Positions 8,275 to 16,252 of a DNA stretch of 64,000 nt are shown in pieces. The stretch covers positions 128,001 through 192,000 of the IMG/VR virus record IMGVR_UViG_3300037312_000330. The stretch is one strand, 5' to 3'. This DNA comes from a virus (lineage: Duplodnaviria; Caudoviricetes). Each line of letters begins with the position of its first letter. Position 1 is the first letter of the stretch. The translations under genes were made by a program, and so were the position numbers. A model generated the notes under the pieces. It saw only the letters and a list, made by a program, of their open reading frames with translations, did no database searches and was not told where the DNA came from.

Positions 8275-9769
8275 TCATATCGTAGAGGAGGGCCTCCTCT
8301 CGTTTGCGCGTCGCAACTATTACGAATACGGGATGAGCGTGATCGAAGACCGCGCCATCCCCGATGCGTTCGACGGGCAGCTACCAGTCACTCGTCGTGG
8401 CTTGTACTCAGCGTATGACATGGGTGTCCGTTCCAACGCCAAGTACGTGAAGGCGGCTCGCGTGGTTGGTGACACAATGGGTCGCTTCCACCCCCACGGT
8501 GATAGCTCGATCTACAGTTCGCTGGTCAACATGGCGAAGCTGAACCCGATCATCCCGTATGTGGATGGTATGGGGAATTGGGGCACGTTCTCCGAACCGC
8601 GACCGTCGGCAATGCGCTACACCGAGATGCGCCTGTCGAAATTCGCCGACGAAGTGTTGTTCAACAAGTTCTACACTCCGGTGATGTTCAACGAATGGAT
8701 GGTGCCGAATTACGACGGCTCGTTCACAGAACCGTTACGTTTGCCTGCACTCCTCCCGGTGTCGGTACTTAATGGTAAATCAGGTGTGGCTCCTGGTGCG
8801 ACAACTGACATCCCAGCGTTTACCAGCAAGTCTGTTCTCAAGACTCTGTCCAAGATCTATGGTGGTGAGGAGATCACTGCCAAGTTGCTCTACAACAATC
8901 TGGAGTTCACAACGGATCACGGCGGCGTGGAAGTGGAACCGGCAACTGCTGAAGCCAAGCAAGATCGGATGGGTGTGTTCAAGGGAACGCGAGGACGTGT
9001 GCTCTTCAAGTCCACCACTTCGTGGAACGAGCGCACCCTTACGCTGACGATCACCAAATTCGCGAACGTCGGCAGTATCCTCAGCAAACCGAAAAAGAAG
9101 AACGACGACAAGGAGAAGAAGGAAACCGGATTGCTGGATCGCTTGTTGGACATCGAAGGTGTGGCAGACGCACGCGACGATAGTACCAAGACCGATCGAC
9201 ATGCCGTCGTAAACGTGGTGCTCAAGAAGGGACTCACGCCGAAGATGCAGGCTGCAATCCTCAAGCACATCCGCAAGAAGATCCTCACAAAGCGTGAGAA
9301 TTACGTGCTGAACTTCACCGAGCGGTACGTAGACTCTGAGGGTCAGGCAGCGGCGCGCATGAAACCGATGTCCATCGTCACGTTCTTCACGGAATGGGTC
9401 AAGTGGCGCATCGAGCTGGAACGCAAGGCGTGCGCCCACTGGATGGTGGAGTGCAAAAAGCGCATCCGTTTGCTGGAGCTCATGCTGCTGGCCGTCGACA
9501 ACTTGGACATCATTTTCAAGGCACTGAAGCAGAAGTTCACGCGTGAAGAGTTGGACCATCATCTGGCGAAGAAGTTGAAGATCAAGGTCGAAGAAGCCAA
9601 TGTCATCAGCGGTATGCGTGTGTATCAGTTGCAAGCTCTCGAGAAGAGTAAACTTCTTGGGAAGAAAAAGGAAGAAGAGAAGGAATTCAAGACTCTGGAG
9701 ACTCGCCAGAAGAAGCCCTTCCCCTTCATGATCGATCAACTGAAGAGCTTTCCCTTACCCGAGGAGTGA
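8231..9769 (+). CDS. gyrA: Type IIA DNA topoisomerase, breakage-reunion subunit (GyrA/ParC-like, no CTD pinwheel)
   Basis: DRAIPDAFDG, VVGDTMGRFHPHGDSSIY, catalytic AMRYTE; only 512 aa. Confidence 0.95.
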   Translation: MPKKVKNKVKTSKADHIVEEGLLSFARRNYYEYGMSVIEDRAIPDAFDGQLPVTRRGLYSAYDMGVRSNAKYVKAARVVGDTMGRFHPHGDSSIYSSLVNMAKLNPIIPYVDGMGNWGTFSEPRPSAMRYTEMRLSKFADEVLFNKFYTPVMFNEWMVPNYDGSFTEPLRLPALLPVSVLNGKSGVAPGATTDIPAFTSKSVLKTLSKIYGGEEITAKLLYNNLEFTTDHGGVEVEPATAEAKQDRMGVFKGTRGRVLFKSTTSWNERTLTLTITKFANVGSILSKPKKKNDDKEKKETGLLDRLLDIEGVADARDDSTKTDRHAVVNVVLKKGLTPKMQAAILKHIRKKILTKRENYVLNFTERYVDSEGQAAARMKPMSIVTFFTEWVKWRIELERKACAHWMVECKKRIRLLELMLLAVDNLDIIFKALKQKFTREELDHHLAKKLKIKVEEANVISGMRVYQLQALEKSKLLGKKKEEEKEFKTLETRQKKPFPFMIDQLKSFPLPEE

Positions 9770-9972
9770 ACATGGAAATGAACATGGAAGTAGCCAAGGA
9801 CCCGCGTCTGATCGCAGTAAAGGAGCGTCACCCGACAGGGGTCACCAACTTCGCCTCCTTCGGACGTATCATCCAAGCCATGAAGGCCGCTGGTGAGATG
9901 CCCAAGGAATGGGAAGTGGTGTCTGTGGTCTTGGACATCAACGGCATCATCTTCGAGCTGAAGAACACATAG
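9766..9972 (+). CDS. Hypothetical protein
   Basis: GTGA overlap, RBS GAGGAG. Confidence 0.65.
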   Translation: MNMEMNMEVAKDPRLIAVKERHPTGVTNFASFGRIIQAMKAAGEMPKEWEVVSVVLDINGIIFELKNT

Positions 9973-9980
9973 GAGTGACA

Positions 9981-10226
9981 ATGAGAACTACCGCAGAGCG
10001 AGTGCAAGTTGCCATCTCCGAACAACTCGGTATGAACCGCGAAGAAGCAACACCAGAGAAGAAGCTGGTGGCGGACCTTGGTTGTGACTCTCTCGATCTC
10101 ATTGAGATAGTGATGGCCATGGAGGACGAGTTTGATATCGATATCTACGACCAGGGTGAGGAAGTTCAGAGGATCGTGACAGTGCAGGATGTTATCGACT
10201 ACATCACACCGCGAGTCAAGCAATAA
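9981..10226 (+). CDS. acpP: Acyl carrier protein
   Basis: RBS AGGAG; DLGCDSLDLIEIVMAMEDEFDIDI with phosphopantetheine Ser (DSL); acidic 81 aa. Confidence 0.9.
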   Translation: MRTTAERVQVAISEQLGMNREEATPEKKLVADLGCDSLDLIEIVMAMEDEFDIDIYDQGEEVQRIVTVQDVIDYITPRVKQ

Positions 10227-10239
10227 AAACAGAAGGGAC

Positions 10240-10310
10240 CCGCACACTGTAAATTGGCGCACGGCACCAAGTTGCTGTTTAGTTTGATGCCCGTGCCAAT
10301 ACAGGTGCGG
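10240..10310 (+). promoter_or_regulatory. Long imperfect hairpin in nrdA leader containing both recurrent motifs
   Basis: CCGCAC/GTGCGG, CTGTA/TACAG, GCACGG/CCGTGC pairings; CTGTAAAT 10247-10254; TTTAGTTTGAT 10278-10288. Confidence 0.5.
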
Positions 10311-10378
10311 CCGTGATTTCCCGCCCATGCGTGTGGGGAATCCTCCGTCCATTCCACCACAAAAACCCCGGATAACAA

Positions 10379-12703
10379 ATGCATGTCGTAAAACGTGACG
10401 GCTCAAAGGAGCCACTTGACTACTCCAAGTACGAGCGCCAGATCATTTGGGCTTGTCAAGGTCTCAGTGGTGTCGATGCTTCTCGACTGAAAGAACACGC
10501 GAAGCAACCGCTGTATGATGGCATCACGACCATCGCACTGAACAAGAATCTGTGCAACGCAGCTCGCGACCTCCAGACCGTGGAGGAACCGAACTGGACG
10601 TTCGTTGCTGCCCGTTTCGTGCTGCAAGACATCTACAAGGAAGTCTGCGGCCACTTCAAGTATCCTCATCTTGACTCCTATCTGAAGAAGGCTCACACAG
10701 AGGCTAACCTCAATTCAGCACTGACGCGCCATGACCTTTTCGATATCGACGAACTGAACAACGCAATCCAACAGGAGCGTGATTACAGTTTCGATTACTT
10801 GGGCATTACAACGCTTCAAGACCGCTACCTCCTCAAGGGGCACGGCAAGAAACTCATCGAGATGCCACAGCACTTCTTGATGAGAGTCGCGATGGGAGTT
10901 GCATTGGCCGAAGAGACGCGTGAAACACGAACCAAAGCTGCTCTCGATTACTACGAGACGCTTTCGCGCCTGGAATTCATGTCATCTACGCCGACGTTGT
11001 TCAACAGCGGCCTTAAGCGCTCGCAACTCAGCTCGTGCTTTGGCGCAACTCTCGGCGATGACACGGACGACATCACCGATGTGTGGAAGGAAGTTTCCAA
11101 ATACTCCAAGTTCGGCGGTGGGGTTGCAATGGACTACACGCAACTGCGTGCCAGCGGAAGTCCAATCCGATCCATGGGTGGTGAAGCTGAAGGACCGGTC
11201 CCATACATCGTGGTTGCTGATGGCATCTTCCGTGCCTTCAATCAGCAAGGTAAGCGAAAAGGAAGCGTCGCCCCGTATCTGGAAACGTGGCACGCAGACA
11301 TCTTCGAGTTCCTGGATCTGAAGGAACCCGGAGACTACCGCATCCGTGCCAACGATTCGTTCATGTCTAACTGGATTCCGGACCTGTTCATGGAGCGCGT
11401 GGAAGCCGGTGGCAAGTGGTCTCTGTTCGATCCGGCCGATGTTCCTGGTCTGCACTTCGTGTTTGGTGAAGAATTCCGACAAGCGTATACAGAAGCAGAA
11501 GCAGCAGGGAAGGCCAAGCGAGTCGTCGATGCAGAAGACCTGTGGTATCGGATGATCGAGCGCATCTGCGCGCATGGAGTCTTCTGGCACTGCTACAAAG
11601 ATCGCATGAACGAGCGCTACGCACTCAGCGCAGTTGGCTCAATCCTGTCCAGCAACTTGTGCACTGAAATCGCACTTCGTTCATCTGCGGACAGCAGCTT
11701 CGTGTGCAACTTGGGATCTGTGAATCTTTCAAAACCTGAGCACCTTGTTCGTAAGGACGCCAACGGCAAATGGATGTGGAACACAAAGCTTAGCGAGACT
11801 GTTCGACGTGCAGTGCGTTTCCTGGACAGTGTTATCGACATTGGCTTTGTTCCACATAAGAAGGGTGAGAACATGCAGAAATCAGACCGACCGATCGGTC
11901 TGGGTTGCATGGGGTGGACAGAGGCGCTGTATCAACTTGGTATCGACTACGAATCCAAGGAGCATGTTGAGTATTCGAACGAAGTCTACAAGCAAATCAG
12001 CATTGCTGCCACCTACGAATCTGCACTGTTGGCTCAAGAAAAGGGTTCGTTCCAGTTCCACGCTAAATCCACGTGGGCACAAGGCAAACTGATCCACGAT
12101 TCGGCAGACACTCCGATCATCGAAGAGTTTGGCCTCGACCTGAACTTCAACCACTGTCCGTTCGTGACCGAAGGTCAGCTTCGTATGATGGTCAAGTCAG
12201 GTATGCGCAACTCCACGTTGCTGGCGATCGCTCCGACGGCGACAATCAGCAACATCGTTGGCACGGAGGCATGCACTGAACTGCCGATCGAACGTGTATA
12301 CCGCAAAAAGAATCTGAGTGGAGTGTTCAAGGCAGTCGCCAAGACCGCGTGCAACAATCCACACGGTCTGCCAGTGAAAACTGCCTACAACGTGGACCAC
12401 ACGTGGACCATCAACGCAGCGGCTGCTCGACAGATCTGGATCGATCAGTCGCAATCGACTAACTTCTGGGTGGACAGCAACCGCTCGGATTTCGGAGATG
12501 TGGTTGACGAGCTGTATCGGACAGCGTGGAAGAAGCGTCTCAAGACAACGTACTATCTGTACGGAAATGATCCTGAAACAGAAGGAACGCAGTCCAGTCC
12601 TATGGACCACGCGCAGAATCTGCCAGAGCCGGAAATCGTGGGCGCAGTATGCACATTACGTCCTGGCGACGAAGGCTTTGATAGCTGCGAAGCTTGCCAA
12701 TAA
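10379..12703 (+). CDS. nrdA: Ribonucleotide reductase class Ia alpha subunit with ATP cone
   Basis: N-terminal VVKRDG ATP cone; TPTLFNSG, QLSSC, SSNLCTEI, CNLGSVNL, APTATIS, KTTYYL, C-terminal CEAC. Confidence 0.97.
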   Translation: MHVVKRDGSKEPLDYSKYERQIIWACQGLSGVDASRLKEHAKQPLYDGITTIALNKNLCNAARDLQTVEEPNWTFVAARFVLQDIYKEVCGHFKYPHLDSYLKKAHTEANLNSALTRHDLFDIDELNNAIQQERDYSFDYLGITTLQDRYLLKGHGKKLIEMPQHFLMRVAMGVALAEETRETRTKAALDYYETLSRLEFMSSTPTLFNSGLKRSQLSSCFGATLGDDTDDITDVWKEVSKYSKFGGGVAMDYTQLRASGSPIRSMGGEAEGPVPYIVVADGIFRAFNQQGKRKGSVAPYLETWHADIFEFLDLKEPGDYRIRANDSFMSNWIPDLFMERVEAGGKWSLFDPADVPGLHFVFGEEFRQAYTEAEAAGKAKRVVDAEDLWYRMIERICAHGVFWHCYKDRMNERYALSAVGSILSSNLCTEIALRSSADSSFVCNLGSVNLSKPEHLVRKDANGKWMWNTKLSETVRRAVRFLDSVIDIGFVPHKKGENMQKSDRPIGLGCMGWTEALYQLGIDYESKEHVEYSNEVYKQISIAATYESALLAQEKGSFQFHAKSTWAQGKLIHDSADTPIIEEFGLDLNFNHCPFVTEGQLRMMVKSGMRNSTLLAIAPTATISNIVGTEACTELPIERVYRKKNLSGVFKAVAKTACNNPHGLPVKTAYNVDHTWTINAAAARQIWIDQSQSTNFWVDSNRSDFGDVVDELYRTAWKKRLKTTYYLYGNDPETEGTQSSPMDHAQNLPEPEIVGAVCTLRPGDEGFDSCEACQ

Positions 12704-12714
12704 CTTGACTGGTC

Positions 12715-12753
12715 TTTAGTTTGATAGCCCGGTGCCAGCCTAGTTGCTGGCAC
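12715..12753 (+). promoter_or_regulatory. TAGTTTGAT motif plus strong hairpin between nrdA and nrdB
   Basis: TTTAGTTTGATAGCCCGGTGCCA nearly identical to the nrdA leader; GTGCCAGC-CTAGTT-GCTGGCAC stem. Confidence 0.5.
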
Positions 12754-12794
12754 TGCCCCAATATTTACCCTAGAGGTCCAGATGAATCCAATTC

Positions 12795-13886
12795 ATGCAA
12801 GACTTTGATTCGCAAGGATCAGATGTGCAGGCACGCATGTCTCCGGTTGAAATGGACTTTGAACTACCAGCGGTGAAGAAGCAGACGGTTGCTGATATCG
12901 TTAATGCACGTCGAATCATCGACGGACCGTCTGACAAGTTGCGCGCAGTGAGCGCTGTCAAGTATTCGTGGGCGCGTCCTATGTGGCGCACCATGATCGG
13001 GAACAAGTGGGAGGCCGATCAGGTGGCTGTCCTGCGCGACAAGGCTGAGTTCAAGTCCCTTACCAAACGGCAACAGAACGCGTTCCGCAGAGCTCTGGCT
13101 TTCCTGTCCAACCTGGACAGCATCCAGTGCGAGAATCTGATGATGAATGTGACACCATTCATCACTGATCCAAACATACAACAGTTGCTGGCCCGACAGC
13201 AGCTAGAAGAGTGGATCCACGTAGAAACGTACAGCACGATCATCGAATCGATCTTCGAAGATCCTCTGGAAATCTACGATATGTACCGGCAGAATCCGCT
13301 ACTTAGTGGGAAGAACGACTTCATTACCCGCAAGGGTGCAGAAGTGTCGTTGGAGCCGACACCACAGAACAAGGTGAAGGCGATTGTTTCCAACATGGCC
13401 CTAGAAGGTGTTTACTTCTTCAACGGCTTCAGTACATTCTTCGCCATAAATCGCGCGTCTGGTAAGATGAACGGTTCGGTAGATGGAATCAAGTACATCC
13501 AACGCGACGAGAAGACCCACCTGCTGATCTTCGCCAACATCTTCAACTCACTGCGCACTGAACGCCCTGAGCTCTTCACAAAGGAGTTGCTCGACGAGTG
13601 TGTGCAGATACTCCGAGAGGCTGCTGAACGCGAGGGTGTGTGGGGCAAGTACGTGATCGACGGTGGCATCCCAGAGCTTAACGACTCGATCATGACGGAG
13701 TACCCGAAATTCCGCGCAGAAGAGTGCGCCAAGCTGATCAATCTCAGCGTGTTTCCAAAGATCAAGAATCCAATCCCGTGGATAGACGACTACGACGGGA
13801 TGACAAAGGCAAACTTCTTCGAGTCGAAACCAACCTCGTACTCGGAGGCAAAGCCTAAATTCAGCCGCCGAACAACGGCCAAATAA
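12795..13886 (+). CDS. nrdB: Ribonucleotide reductase class Ia beta subunit
   Basis: Di-iron ligands LDSIQ, EEWIHVETY (radical Tyr), LEGVYFFNGF, RDEKTH. Confidence 0.95.
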   Translation: MQDFDSQGSDVQARMSPVEMDFELPAVKKQTVADIVNARRIIDGPSDKLRAVSAVKYSWARPMWRTMIGNKWEADQVAVLRDKAEFKSLTKRQQNAFRRALAFLSNLDSIQCENLMMNVTPFITDPNIQQLLARQQLEEWIHVETYSTIIESIFEDPLEIYDMYRQNPLLSGKNDFITRKGAEVSLEPTPQNKVKAIVSNMALEGVYFFNGFSTFFAINRASGKMNGSVDGIKYIQRDEKTHLLIFANIFNSLRTERPELFTKELLDECVQILREAAEREGVWGKYVIDGGIPELNDSIMTEYPKFRAEECAKLINLSVFPKIKNPIPWIDDYDGMTKANFFESKPTSYSEAKPKFSRRTTAK

Positions 13887-13893
13887 ACATCTA

Positions 13894-13916
13894 GCCTCCC
13901 GTGCAAATCGGGAGGC
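13894..13916 (+). terminator. Hairpin after nrdB
   Basis: GCCTCCCG-TGCAAAT-CGGGAGGC. Confidence 0.6.
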
Positions 13917-13926
13917 AATCTGAAAC

Positions 13927-14322
13927 ATGAAACTGTCCGAAGTCACATCACTTTACTCACAGTCACCGAACGAGGTCTGGTCCATTCTCCTCAAGAATGG
14001 AATGGAACTTGTTACTCAACTACGCGTCGAGCAAGTTCTGCAAGCAGAGGTCGTATCCGGGAAAGTTCCCGAAGGACCGAGGAATAGCGCGACTGTCTAC
14101 TTGTCCAAGCCATTCATTGTGCGTGCTGTCACTATTCCAATGCAGCAAGGGCAGAACATCCACATCCAGACAACTGCTCAATGTATGCCTCTGGTAATGA
14201 AAATGCAACAGCCGGAGTTGCCAATCGATCCAGAAGACATTTGGGTAATGACTACTGCAAGTAAAGCATCTAGCGACGAGTATCTCCAGCAAACATCAGG
14301 CATCCTAATCGGGAAGCATTAA
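13927..14322 (+). CDS. Hypothetical protein, possible Sm-like fold
   Basis: WSILLKNGMELVTQL resembles Sm1; C-terminal YLQQTSGI. Confidence 0.55.
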   Translation: MKLSEVTSLYSQSPNEVWSILLKNGMELVTQLRVEQVLQAEVVSGKVPEGPRNSATVYLSKPFIVRAVTIPMQQGQNIHIQTTAQCMPLVMKMQQPELPIDPEDIWVMTTASKASSDEYLQQTSGILIGKH

Positions 14323-14323
14323 C

Positions 14324-15100
14324 ATGCAAGAATTCGAAATCGCAGGAACTAAGTTCGAATTGGTGTTGGATGATGGTGTTTTCAACGCCAACCCGTCTTC
14401 GCTTCTCACGTTGCCTACTGCACTCATCTGCGGAATGAGCAGCGCCAGCTACCAATTCCCAGAAGAGAAGCAAGCGTTACTTGACGCCCTTTCACCGTTC
14501 CAAATCGTTTCCAAGTATTGGAGCACGATGGCCATCAACGAATTGGTGCTTCTAGATCCTAATGTCGAGACCATTGTGTTTGTTGGTTCCTGGTACGGTC
14601 AACAGTCGGCAATGTCATCACGCTTCGTGCGAGACTATCGTGATCACAGAATCTATCTTGTTGACAAGGATCCAGTGGCTAGTCGTATCGCACAGTATTT
14701 GATCAAACACGACAGTTATCATCGACGATGCGAACCAGTTGTGTGGATGAAAGACATCTACGATCTTAGTTCTGAATTCCCTCCGGACACGTTGTTCGTG
14801 TGGAACGGTTTGGAGCACTTTGACAACAACGACGTCGAAAAGTTTCTGGAACAAAACACAGAATCAACATTTCTGTTCCAGTCTACTTCGATGGAAGCCA
14901 AGGATCACGCCAACTTGGCGAGGGACATAGAAGATCTCCTAGCACCTCTGCCTGCTGGATGGGACGCAGGAGTGGTGTATCGTGGAGAACTCCAGTGTGA
15001 GTTGGGGTCCAGGTACATGCTCGCAGTGCGCGGTCCTGGTTGCGACGAACTGGAAGTCGAATCCGATGAGAACGACGGTCTCGATGGTCCAAACAGATGA
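14324..15100 (+). CDS. Putative SAM-dependent methyltransferase-like protein
   Basis: IVFVGSWYG (motif I-like), IYLVDKDP, KDIYDL, NGLEHF. Confidence 0.55.
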   Translation: MQEFEIAGTKFELVLDDGVFNANPSSLLTLPTALICGMSSASYQFPEEKQALLDALSPFQIVSKYWSTMAINELVLLDPNVETIVFVGSWYGQQSAMSSRFVRDYRDHRIYLVDKDPVASRIAQYLIKHDSYHRRCEPVVWMKDIYDLSSEFPPDTLFVWNGLEHFDNNDVEKFLEQNTESTFLFQSTSMEAKDHANLARDIEDLLAPLPAGWDAGVVYRGELQCELGSRYMLAVRGPGCDELEVESDENDGLDGPNR

Positions 15101-15106
15101 GGACAG

Positions 15107-15116
15107 TAATTTGATG
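15107..15116 (+). promoter_or_regulatory. TAATTTGATG motif upstream of hfq
   Basis: Same motif as in the nrd leaders and at 29641. Confidence 0.4.
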
Positions 15117-15150
15117 TGCGGCCACAAAGCGCCGTTCAACAAGGTGAGAA

Positions 15151-15408
15151 ATGTCCGAAAACAATCATCTACCGTTCATCAGGAACGAAATGCTCCAAAA
15201 GCTTCAGGACAATGGCACAGTGTCTGCCGTTTTTCTGAAGAACGGGATCCGTCTTATCGGGAAGATCATCAGATTCGACTCTGAAGACATTCACATAACT
15301 AGTCCGTCAGATCAACTAGGGATGTCAGTGTCGCGAGACGCGATTGCCACAATCGGAGCCTATCATCAAACTGCAAACAAGGAGACCTCTGGGATGAACA
15401 AACGCTGA
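15151..15408 (+). CDS. hfq: Hfq-family (Sm-like) RNA chaperone, divergent
   Basis: VFLKNGIRLIGKIIRFD...VSRDAIATI aligns with Hfq IYLVNGIKLQGQIESFD...VYKHAISTV. Confidence 0.8.
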   Translation: MSENNHLPFIRNEMLQKLQDNGTVSAVFLKNGIRLIGKIIRFDSEDIHITSPSDQLGMSVSRDAIATIGAYHQTANKETSGMNKR

Positions 15409-15460
15409 CGGACTGAACTCAATCACATCTCCCGCCAGTGAGCTCCAGATGCCTCGCCAG

Positions 15461-15484
15461 TAGGCACAAAGCTGCCTATTTTTT
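15461..15484 (+). terminator. Rho-independent terminator
   Basis: TAGGCA-CAAAGC-TGCCTA followed by T6. Confidence 0.65.
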
Positions 15485-15498
15485 AAGCAATCAGGGGC

Positions 15499-15527
15499 TT
15501 GCCAAGGCAAACGGCATATGGTACAAT
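15499..15527 (+). promoter_or_regulatory. Host sigma70-type promoter
   Basis: TTGCCA-N17-TACAAT with extended -10 TG. Confidence 0.75.
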
Positions 15528-15634
15528 AATGGTACGGTTGGGCTGAACCCGCGTACCGTAGGCACAGCCATTGCCGTAACAACCTATCCACAATGTGTCT
15601 AACCCCCAATCAATAGGAAGAAGGACTTTCAAAC

Positions 15635-16183
15635 ATGAAAGCGACTGCGAATATCTCCAAGCTCCTGAAGGAACTCGTTGGTGCCGTCAAGGCCTCGGCC
15701 AAGGAAGCGAAGCAAGCGAGCAAGCGCGCCGAAAAGGCTGAAGCACGTCTGGAGAAACTGACCTCCGACAAGCCTGCGAAGGCCAAGAAGGAAAAGGCCG
15801 GAAAGAAGTCCAAGAAGGACAAGGCTGCCAAGAAGGCCGAGAAGGCCGCAGCCAAGAAAGGTAAGAAGGACAAGAAGGCTGCGAAGAAGGAGAAGCAGAA
15901 CAAGAAGGCTGGCAAGAAGGCGGCTGACGAAGACGAAGAGGAAACGGCAGCCCCGGCCAAGAAGTCCAAGAAAGCCAAGAAGGAGAAGTCTGGCAAGAAG
16001 GACAAGAAGGCTGCGAAGAAGGCAGGCAAGAAGTCCAAGAAGGAAGGCAAGAAGAGCAAGGACGAAGGTTCCGGCTCCGAAAAGCCCGCTGGAAAGAAAG
16101 CCGCCGCCAAGAATGGCAAAGGTGGCAAGAAGGACGCCAAGGAAGGTAAGAAGGCTGAGAAGTCTTCGTGGCTGGACGCCTAA
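15635..16183 (+). CDS. Lys/Ala-rich histone H1-like DNA-binding protein
   Basis: Very high K/A content, KKAAKK repeats; own promoter and terminator. Confidence 0.75.
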   Translation: MKATANISKLLKELVGAVKASAKEAKQASKRAEKAEARLEKLTSDKPAKAKKEKAGKKSKKDKAAKKAEKAAAKKGKKDKKAAKKEKQNKKAGKKAADEDEEETAAPAKKSKKAKKEKSGKKDKKAAKKAGKKSKKEGKKSKDEGSGSEKPAGKKAAAKNGKGGKKDAKEGKKAEKSSWLDA

Positions 16184-16201
16184 CTTCTAAGGTTGAAGCA
16201 G

Positions 16202-16235
16202 TTCACCCCGGTAGGAGCAGTTCTGCCGGGGTGAA
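16202..16235 (+). terminator. Hairpin terminator
   Basis: TTCACCCCGGTAG...CTGCCGGGGTGAA. Confidence 0.7.
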
Positions 16236-16252
16236 GTCGTTTATCAATAGGG

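Noticed and set aside
235-9739. Long antisense ORFs (235-1422, 1483-2406, 8780-9739; also 19072-20079, 39542-40675, 48390-49364, 58585-59553)
   Set aside because: They mirror well-supported + strand genes with strong codon bias, and have no RBS or recognisable motifs; shadow ORFs
10227-10378. NrdR box upstream of nrdA
   Set aside because: No match to the palindromic NrdR consensus seen
10379-13886. Possible intron/intein in nrdA or nrdB, or a metal-free class Ie beta subunit
   Set aside because: ORFs are continuous and of normal size, with no intein motifs; all di-iron ligands and the radical Tyr are present
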